NCBI GenBank assembly: GCA_964526235.1
Contig: CAZGLC010000004.1
Location: forward strand, 1 to 48,754
DNA length: 48,754 nt
Direction of reading: 5' to 3'
Source of the DNA: an uncultured Bifidobacteriaceae bacterium
Lineage (GTDB): Bacteria; Acidobacteriota; Vicinamibacteria; Vicinamibacterales; UBA2999
Shown here in pieces: positions 22,838 to 29,722 of this stretch. The stretch's first letter is position 1; each line of letters begins with the position of its first letter. Position numbers and translations under genes: made by a program. The notes under the pieces were generated by a model that was not told the DNA's origin, made no database searches, and was given only the letters and a program-made list of their open reading frames with translations.

Positions 22838-24344
22838 ACGGCTTGGTCACGACGCGGCTTGTCGCGTCCAGCACGCCGCGCCGGAGCAGGGCATCGGCGG
22901 TGTAGCCGGTCGTGTAGAGCACCTTGATCTCGGGCCGCAGCCGCCAGACGCGCGAGGCGAGCTCGCGTCCGTTCATGCCCGGCATCACCACGTCGGTCAG
23001 CATCAGCTGAATCGTGCCGGTGGACCCTTCCAGCACCTGCAGCGCCTCGGCGCCGTTCGCGGCGGTGAGGACGCGGTACCCGGCTGATTCGAGCATGCGC
23101 CTGGTCAGCCCGCACACGGCGGGTTCGTCCTCGACCACGAGAATCGTTTCGTCGCCGCGAGCGTCGGTATCGGCGGCGGCCGAAGGCAGCCTCTCGGTCG
23201 CCGCCTCGACGCGGGGAAAGTACATCGTGAACGTGGTGCCCGCACCAGGATGGCTGTCGACCCAGACGCTCCCGCCGCTCTGCTTGACGATCCCGTAGAC
23301 GGTGGAGAGCCCCAGCCCAGGTCCCTTGCCGACGTCCTTCGTGGTGAAGAACGGCTCGAACACCCGCTTGCGCGCCGCCTCGTCCATGCCGATGCCGGTG
23401 TCGCGCACGGCGAGCATGACGTGCGGGCCAGGCGGCAGCGGCCCGTGCGCGGGCGGCCCGGCGGCGACATCGCGCGTCTCGATCGTCAGCGTCCCGCCAT
23501 CGGGCATCGCGTCGCGCGCGTTGACTGCCAGGTTGAGGATGACCTGTTCGACCTGACTCGGGTCCGCCTTAATGTGTCCCAGGGGCTCGACGAGCGACAG
23601 CTTCAACGAGATGTCCTCGCCAATCAGTCGCTGCAGCATCCCCTGCACGTCCAGCACGATGGCGTTCAGATCGACGATCTCGGCCCGCAGCAGCTGCTGG
23701 CGGCTCATGGCGAGCAGCTGCCGCGTCATGGCGGCCGCGCGCTCGCCCGCCTGGCGGATCTGCTCGAGGTCCTGGCGTAGCGGGCTGCCGCCGTGCAGCC
23801 CGGCAATCGCCAGGTCCGCGGTGCCGTTGATGATCGTCAGCAGGTTGTTGAAGTCGTGCGCGATCCCGCCCGCCAGCCGCCCGATGCTCTCCATCTTCTG
23901 CGCCTGAATGAGCTGCGCCTGGAGCTCGGTGCGATCGGTGATGTCGCGCGTGATGCCCAGCAGGGCGGTAACCGTGCCGCGCTCGTCGCGCAGCGGCACG
24001 GCGTGCGTCTCGAGCCACCGCGGCGTGCCCTTGAGGCCGACGATCCGGAACTCAAGCGCCCCGCTTCCGCCGCGAAAGACGCGCTCCACCAGCGCCTCGA
24101 AGGCGGCGCGATCCTCCTCGACGACGAGCGGGTACGCGCACTGGCCGCGCACCTCTTCGAGGGACTCGGCTTCGATCATCCGCAGGCCCGCCGGGTTCAT
24201 CAGACGCAGTGACCCGTCCGGGCCGAGCAGCTTCACGCACTGCGGCTCCGCCTCGAAGATCGCGCGGAGCAGCCGGCCGCGCCTGGCGTGCACCAGGTCC
24301 GCGAACGCCTGGTCGGATCCTTCGCCGCCCGGGTCAGAAGGCAT
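22785..24344 (-). CDS. Cytoplasmic hybrid sensor histidine kinase (PAS - HisKA - HATPase_c - REC)
   Basis: The PAS region is LLGPDGSLRLMNPAG...ITDRT. The H-box is IAHDFNNLLT. The G boxes are DTGIGMD and GLGLSTVYG. The C-terminal receiver is ILVVEDE...LMLTDVVMPGMNG...K. Confidence 0.9.
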   Translation of the reverse strand: MPSDPGGEGSDQAFADLVHARRGRLLRAIFEAEPQCVKLLGPDGSLRLMNPAGLRMIEAESLEEVRGQCAYPLVVEEDRAAFEALVERVFRGGSGALEFRIVGLKGTPRWLETHAVPLRDERGTVTALLGITRDITDRTELQAQLIQAQKMESIGRLAGGIAHDFNNLLTIINGTADLAIAGLHGGSPLRQDLEQIRQAGERAAAMTRQLLAMSRQQLLRAEIVDLNAIVLDVQGMLQRLIGEDISLKLSLVEPLGHIKADPSQVEQVILNLAVNARDAMPDGGTLTIETRDVAAGPPAHGPLPPGPHVMLAVRDTGIGMDEAARKRVFEPFFTTKDVGKGPGLGLSTVYGIVKQSGGSVWVDSHPGAGTTFTMYFPRVEAATERLPSAAADTDARGDETILVVEDEPAVCGLTRRMLESAGYRVLTAANGAEALQVLEGSTGTIQLMLTDVVMPGMNGRELASRVWRLRPEIKVLYTTGYTADALLRRGVLDATSRVVTKPFTARELRRQVREALDQS

Positions 24345-24408
24345 GACAGGGTGACGGAAGGGTGGATTCTAGCGGATCTCGGCCGGGGCGGCCGGCCAAT
24401 CTTGCGCG

Positions 24409-24810
24409 CTACCGCGGGCGGCTGCGCAGCCGTGGGCTGTTGCGGACCTGTTCGAACGCGAACCCGTCCGCGGGGCGGTCGAGCCGCTCGACATACAACT
24501 TGCGCGCCTCGAGCCGCGCCGGGCTGCCGACGACGACGATCCGGTCGCCCGCCTTGAAGGTGGTCTCGGTGATGCCGATGTCCGCCAGCTCCCGTCGGTT
24601 ATCCAATTCGAAGTACCACTTCTCGGCGGTCCCGCCGCGACGGACTTCTACAATCATGTACGGATGCGGGTTGACGTACTGATATTGCGCGATGGTCCCT
24701 TCGACGGTAACAGGCTGGGCGGTGTCGTAGACGCCGGAAATCGAGTGGTGCGCCAGAGCCGACGGACATGCCGTCAGAACGAACGCTCCTGAAACGAGCC
24801 AGCGCATCAT
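24409..24810 (-). CDS. DUF6152-like small secreted protein (copy 1)
   Basis: The signal peptide ends PSALA, followed by HHSISGVYD. The motifs VEGTI..YQYVNPHPYMIVEV and KAGDRIVVVG match the family. An AGGAG SD lies 6 nt upstream. Confidence 0.7.
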   Translation of the reverse strand: MMRWLVSGAFVLTACPSALAHHSISGVYDTAQPVTVEGTIAQYQYVNPHPYMIVEVRRGGTAEKWYFELDNRRELADIGITETTFKAGDRIVVVGSPARLEARKLYVERLDRPADGFAFEQVRNSPRLRSRPR

Positions 24811-24864
24811 AGCAATCTCCTACGGAGAACACGATAGCACCGATCGGTAGTAGACTCACGCGCT

Positions 24865-25641
24865 ATGCCATCGCTCATTCTCGGACTTCTCCTGGTGCTG
24901 GTCCTTCCGCTGCAGAGCGCCGATCTGGCGCCCACCGGCACGCTTCGCGCGTCGTTCATCGAGAACAACCCCAACCAGGGGCGGGTCGACGCGACGACCA
25001 AGGCGATCACCGGACCCGCGGCCGATCTGGTCCGCGAGCTGGCGCGCCGGCTGGGCGTGAAGTACGAGATCACGCCGCTGCCGTCGGCGGGTGCCGTCCT
25101 TGAAAGCGTGCGGAGCGGAAAAGTCGACATCGGGTTCCTCGCCTACGAAGCGGACCGCGCCACGCAGGTGGATTACGCCGACGACTATTCAATAACCGGC
25201 AGCACCTATGCCGTCCGCGGCGATTCCAGCCTCGAGCGGTCGGCCGACGTCGACCGCGCTGGCGTCACGGTGGCGGCCATCCGCGGACAGAGCCCGGAGG
25301 TCTATCTGCGGGAGCATCTGAAAGCCGCGCGGCTCAACTCGCTGCCGACGGCGCCGCCGAACGCGGAGCTGGCGAAGATGCTGCTCGGCGGTCAGGCCGA
25401 CGCGGTGGGCGCCAACCGCACGCGGATGGAGGAGCTCGTCCGCGAGTTCCCGACGCTTCGCGTGCTGCCCGACGACTTCACGCAGACGACGCAAGCGATT
25501 GTCGTCGCGAAGGGGAAGGCCTCGCAGGTGGCATATCTGAATCGGTTCCTGGTGGAGGCGCGCGGCTCAGGATTCGTGAAGGCGTCGCTCGCGAAGGCGA
25601 ATCTGGTGGGCGTCGACGTGGCGCCGCCGACGAAGCGCTAA
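24865..25641 (+). CDS. Family-3 (amino-acid-type) periplasmic substrate-binding protein, orphan
   Basis: The protein has a signal peptide. The motifs G..DIGF........R...VDY and V.A..G have an SBP_bac_3-like layout. No ABC permease or ATPase gene lies nearby. Confidence 0.75.
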   Translation: MPSLILGLLLVLVLPLQSADLAPTGTLRASFIENNPNQGRVDATTKAITGPAADLVRELARRLGVKYEITPLPSAGAVLESVRSGKVDIGFLAYEADRATQVDYADDYSITGSTYAVRGDSSLERSADVDRAGVTVAAIRGQSPEVYLREHLKAARLNSLPTAPPNAELAKMLLGGQADAVGANRTRMEELVREFPTLRVLPDDFTQTTQAIVVAKGKASQVAYLNRFLVEARGSGFVKASLAKANLVGVDVAPPTKR

Positions 25642-25669
25642 TGTATATTCACCCGCGCGGAGGAGTGTC

Positions 25670-26986
25670 ATGAATAAAACGGTCACCGTGCTGTTGGCGC
25701 TGGCGATCGGTCTTGCCGCCGGTATTCCCCTGGGCAGCCGCCTGATGTCACCGGGCGCGGAAGCCGAAGGCGCGGCAGCCGCCGCGTCGGCCGCCGCTGT
25801 GGCCGAGGCGATCGGCGCGCAGGATGTCTCCGGTCCCTACGACGTGGCGGAAGGGTGGCCGAAGGATCTCGCCACGCTCCCCGGCCACGAGACGTGGACC
25901 TACGGCGGCGCGCGCGGGATCTTCGCCGAGAGCCCCAACCGGGTGTACCTGCTCGGCGGCGGCGAACTGCCGAACCTGAAGCGGCCGCCGGTGAAGCGCT
26001 ATCCGGAGATCGGGCCGAACGTGCAGTTCCCGGTCGGCGGCGTGCCGTGGCGCAACGCCAACCAGGCGACGCCGCCCGGAGCCGGCGGATCGGGACAGGA
26101 TCCGGCGAAGGGGATGGACATCTGGCGCGGCAACGAGCCGCCGTACCGCGAGCTCGGCGTCGACGCCCGCTGGGAGCACTCGGTGGTTGTCGTCAACGCC
26201 CAGGGCGACATCCTCGAAGGGTGGACGCAGTGGGACAAGATGTTCAAGCGCCCGCACGCGGTCTACGTCAGCCCGTACGACGCCGAAAAGCACGTCTGGA
26301 TCGTCGACGATCACACGCACGCGATCTACAAGTTCACCAACGACGGTAAGCAGCTCGTCCAGACGATCGGCACGCCGAACGTGTCGGGCGCCGACGGCAC
26401 CCACTTCAACCGCCCGACGTTCATGGCGTGGCTGCCGGACGGCACCTTCTTCGTGGCCGACGGCTACAACGGCACGCGCGTCGCCAAGTTCGACGCGAGC
26501 GGCAAATTCCTCATGGACTGGGGCCAGCGCGGGGAGTCGGGCAAGGAGACGCGCCCCGGCTACTTCAACAACGTGCACGGCATCGCCGTCGACGTCCCGA
26601 GCCGGCGGGTGTTCGTGAACGATCGCGACAACCATCGCATCCAGATCTTCGACGAGAACGGCAAGTACCTGTCCGAGTGGAAGATCAACGTCAGTCCCTC
26701 CAGCCTCCACATGGTGGAGATCGGCGAGGACGGGACGCTGGCAACCTTCGACCGCAACACGCACAAGATGCTGAAGTACACGCTCGACGGGAAGCTGATC
26801 TTCTCGTGGGGCACGATCGGCGACTTCCCGGGCACCGTGTGGGGCGTGCACGGCATCAGCACCGACCGCGACGGCAACCTGTATGTCGCGGAGGTCGACT
26901 CGGGCCGCTTCCAGAAGTTCACGCCGCGGGCCGGAGCCAATCCCGCGTATCTGATCGGCAAGCCGGTGAAGGCGGTGTGGGAATAG
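25670..26986 (+). CDS. NHL-repeat beta-propeller protein (peptidylglycine alpha-hydroxyglycine lyase-like)
   Basis: The protein has a signal/anchor. NHL-type repeats include FFVADGYNGTRVAKFDASGKF, VFVNDRDNHRIQIFDENGKY and LYVAEVDSGRFQKF. Confidence 0.8.
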   Translation: MNKTVTVLLALAIGLAAGIPLGSRLMSPGAEAEGAAAAASAAAVAEAIGAQDVSGPYDVAEGWPKDLATLPGHETWTYGGARGIFAESPNRVYLLGGGELPNLKRPPVKRYPEIGPNVQFPVGGVPWRNANQATPPGAGGSGQDPAKGMDIWRGNEPPYRELGVDARWEHSVVVVNAQGDILEGWTQWDKMFKRPHAVYVSPYDAEKHVWIVDDHTHAIYKFTNDGKQLVQTIGTPNVSGADGTHFNRPTFMAWLPDGTFFVADGYNGTRVAKFDASGKFLMDWGQRGESGKETRPGYFNNVHGIAVDVPSRRVFVNDRDNHRIQIFDENGKYLSEWKINVSPSSLHMVEIGEDGTLATFDRNTHKMLKYTLDGKLIFSWGTIGDFPGTVWGVHGISTDRDGNLYVAEVDSGRFQKFTPRAGANPAYLIGKPVKAVWE

Positions 26987-26996
26987 ACAGGTAAGC

Positions 26997-27113
26997 CGGG
27001 ATCCGGGATCCGGGATCCGGGATGCGGGATCCGTGGTTCAAACGGTAGACGAGCCTCGCACAGCGAACGTCGAACTTGGAACCCGGATCCCGGATCCCCG
27101 GTCCCGGATCCCG
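26997..27113. repeat. Inverted pair of 7-nt tandem arrays: (CGGGATC)x5 - 50-nt spacer - (CCCGGAT)x4.5
   Basis: The left arm spans 26997-27031 as five units, the fourth being CGGGATG. The right arm spans 27082-27113 as CCCGGAT, CCCGGAT, CCCCGGT, CCCGGAT, CCCG. The arms are reverse complements of each other. The left arm carries five GGG tracts with 4-nt loops. Confidence 0.85.
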
Positions 27114-28502
27114 AGCGTCCGCCTGCTCCTCGTCGTCGCGATCGGGGTCCTCATCTGGCTCCTGCCGCGCCCCGATGCCGTCGATCCCCGCGCCTGGCGT
27201 CTCCTGGCCATCTTTGTCGCGACCATCGTCGGCCTTATCGCCAAGCCGCTGCCGATTGGCGCCGTGGCGTTCGTCGGCATCGCCGCGACGCTGGCGACGA
27301 ACACGCTGACGCTGCAGGAGGCGCTGAGCGGCTTCACGAACGGTCCGCTCTGGCTCGTCATGTCGGCGTTCTTTCTGGCGTCCGGCTTCATCCGTACCGG
27401 GCTCGGCGAGCGCATCGCATACGTCCTGGTGTCGCTCTTCGGCCGGCGCACGCTGGGCCTGGGTTACAGCTTCGTCGCCTCCGATCTCGTGCTGGCGCCG
27501 ATGATTCCCGCCAACACGGCGCGCGCCGGCGGCGTCATCTTCCCGATTCTGCAGTCGCTGGCCCGGACGGTGGTGGCCGGAGAGTCGTCCGATGCGCGCC
27601 GCACGCGCGCGTTTCTCACGCTGGCGGCGTATAACGCCACGGTGATTACGAGCGCCATGTTCGTGACGGCGATGGTCGCGAACCCGCTCATCGTGCAGCT
27701 CGCCGCCGGCCACGGCATCACCTTGACGTGGACCAGCTGGGCGATCGCAGCCTCCGTGCCGGGTGTCATCAGCCTCATCGTGGTGCCGCCGATCATCTAC
27801 GCGCTGACGGCACGCGGTACGGCTCTGCAGGCCGACGCGCCCGAAGCGGCGCGGGCCGCGCTCGGGCGACTCGGACCGATGAAGCCGAGCGAGCGGGTCA
27901 TGGCGACGGTCTCGATCGTGCTGCTGGCGGCATGGATTGCCGGCTCGTCGATCGGGCTCGATCCCACCGCCGCGGCGCTGATGGCGGTGGCGGCGCTCCT
28001 CGTCACCGGGGTGCTCGGGTGGGACGCGGTGGCCGGCGATCAGGAGGCGTGGAACACGTTCGTCTGGTTCGCGACGCTCGTGATGATGGCGAGCTATCTC
28101 GGCGAGCTGGGGCTCATCGCGTGGTTCACCGCGCAGGTGCAGCCGCTCGTCGGCGGCGTCGGCTGGGTAACCGGCTTCAGCGGCCTGGTGTTCGTGTACT
28201 TCTACGTGCACTACTTCTTTGCGAGCATGACGGCGCACATCAGCGCCATGTACGCGCCGTTCCTGGCGGTGGCGCTGGCGCTCGGCACGCCGCCCGTGTT
28301 CGCCGCGCTGGTCCTTGCCTTCGCCAGCAATCTCTTCGCGAGCCTCACACACTACGGCACGGCGGCGGCGCCGATCCTCTTCAGCGGGGGACACGTGCCG
28401 CTCGGCACCTGGTGGCGCGTCGGCCTGATCGTGAGCGTCGTCAATATCGCGATCTGGGTGGGCGTCGGCGGGGCGTGGTGGAGGCTACTCGGGTTGTGGT
28501 AG
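27033..28502 (+). CDS. DASS family (divalent anion:Na+ symporter / 2-oxoglutarate-malate translocator-like) anion permease
   Basis: The 489-aa polytopic protein has P.P......AWRLLAIFVATIVGLI..PLP.GA and PANTARAGGVIFPI motifs. The only canonical in-frame start upstream of TM1 is GTG 27033. That start puts the right-hand heptamer array into the N-terminal tail (GTRIPDPRSRIP), so the start is uncertain. Confidence 0.85.
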   Translation: MVQTVDEPRTANVELGTRIPDPRSRIPSVRLLLVVAIGVLIWLLPRPDAVDPRAWRLLAIFVATIVGLIAKPLPIGAVAFVGIAATLATNTLTLQEALSGFTNGPLWLVMSAFFLASGFIRTGLGERIAYVLVSLFGRRTLGLGYSFVASDLVLAPMIPANTARAGGVIFPILQSLARTVVAGESSDARRTRAFLTLAAYNATVITSAMFVTAMVANPLIVQLAAGHGITLTWTSWAIAASVPGVISLIVVPPIIYALTARGTALQADAPEAARAALGRLGPMKPSERVMATVSIVLLAAWIAGSSIGLDPTAAALMAVAALLVTGVLGWDAVAGDQEAWNTFVWFATLVMMASYLGELGLIAWFTAQVQPLVGGVGWVTGFSGLVFVYFYVHYFFASMTAHISAMYAPFLAVALALGTPPVFAALVLAFASNLFASLTHYGTAAAPILFSGGHVPLGTWWRVGLIVSVVNIAIWVGVGGAWWRLLGLW

Positions 28503-29315
28503 GTTCCCTCGTCGTCGAGAACTGACAGCTTCGATCTCGAAGAGTCGAGGCCACAGCTTTCCCGTAACGAAGAGGCGATTGGTGGCCGCATCGTAAGCGA
28601 TGCCGTTCAGGACGGCCTCGGGATCGAGCCGGTATCCTGTCGCCATCAAACCACTCAGATCAATCCAACGAAGTACTCGCCCTGACTCCGGCGAAATCCT
28701 CGCAATTCGGTCCGTATGCCAGATGTTGGCGTACACCTCACCTCGGATGTACTCGAGTTCGTTCAGATCCCGAACGGGAGCTCCGCCATCGGTGACCGTG
28801 ACACGTCTGACTTCGCGAAACGTGTCCGGATGTAGGAAACGGAGCTGGTCGGTTCCGTCGCTGAGAATGAACCCCTGTTGATCTCGAGTCAGGCCCCAAC
28901 CCTCGCCGGCATATCGAAAGGTCCGACGCATGGAAAAAGTCGCCATGTCGTAAACGAAGGCTATGTTGGACTGCCAGGTCAGTTGCACAAGCTGACCGTT
29001 CCATTCCGCAAGGCCTTCGGCGAAATACGCCGCGTCCACTCGGTGCTGCTGCACGACTTCACCCGTTTCAAGCTGGACCTTTCGCAGCGTCGACTGACCG
29101 TTACGCCCGGTACTTTCGAACAAGAACCCGTTGCGGTAAATCAGCCCCTGCGTGTACGCCGACGTATCGTGCGGATAGCTCTTCACCACCCGGAACGTGT
29201 CCATGGATGCACGCGCTTGAGCAAACAGCCCAGTCCCGTCGCTAGAGACGAGCCATGACGCGGCGCCGGCCAGTGCAAGTGTTAACAGGCCGCGTCTGGC
29301 CGGTGAGATCGTCAT
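28485..29315 (-). CDS. Glutaminyl-peptide cyclotransferase (bacterial/plant beta-propeller type), secreted
   Basis: The protein has a signal peptide. The motifs YTQGL, FESTG, GEGWGLT and LNELEYIRGEVYANIW match the family. Three hand-counted 60-nt lines give 52-63 % G+C, which is A/T-richer than most of the window. Confidence 0.85.
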   Translation of the reverse strand: MTISPARRGLLTLALAGAASWLVSSDGTGLFAQARASMDTFRVVKSYPHDTSAYTQGLIYRNGFLFESTGRNGQSTLRKVQLETGEVVQQHRVDAAYFAEGLAEWNGQLVQLTWQSNIAFVYDMATFSMRRTFRYAGEGWGLTRDQQGFILSDGTDQLRFLHPDTFREVRRVTVTDGGAPVRDLNELEYIRGEVYANIWHTDRIARISPESGRVLRWIDLSGLMATGYRLDPEAVLNGIAYDAATNRLFVTGKLWPRLFEIEAVSSRRRGNLPQPE

Positions 29316-29722
29316 GATTTGATCCGGCTAACGCCCTGCCGCTCAGCCGCGAGCGGCGTGATTAGTCTAGACCGCACCGCGTATAGAGTTCCGCAGCCAT
29401 ACACGGCAGATACACCGCCACCGGAATCGTCGTAACTCGATGATGGGCCAGATGCTAGCACGCGACGTGCACCATCGATCGCGCCCGTCGTTGGCTGCGA
29501 GCCCGTGCCTCGCGGTTCAACCTGGATAGCCGGGCAGGGGCTGCGGCCACGCGCGCGCCGCGGACGTGGTGGCCCGGGATTCGAGCGAGCACCGCACTCG
29601 AAGCACCGCGACAGCGAAGGCGAAGCCCGGGCCAGCACGTCGACAAGCCGGCACGGCACGAATGCAACACAGCGCTTATGTTGCGTGTTTCAGCGTGATC
29701 CGGCGCCTCATGTTTCGTCGGG

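Noticed and set aside
26997-27113. Heptamer arrays (also at 33892-33965, 48569-48631 and 2874-2906) as a CRISPR array
   Set aside because: The units are 7 nt and directly abutting, with no spacers of 25-40 nt and no 24-40-nt repeats. No cas genes are present in the window.
29312-29659. 115-aa ORF (and 29455-29670, 29505-29735, 29566-29787) in the gap upstream of the cyclase gene
   Set aside because: The translations are Arg/Pro/Gly/Ser-rich, with no codon-position bias, no SD and no family resemblance. The region is treated as non-coding.
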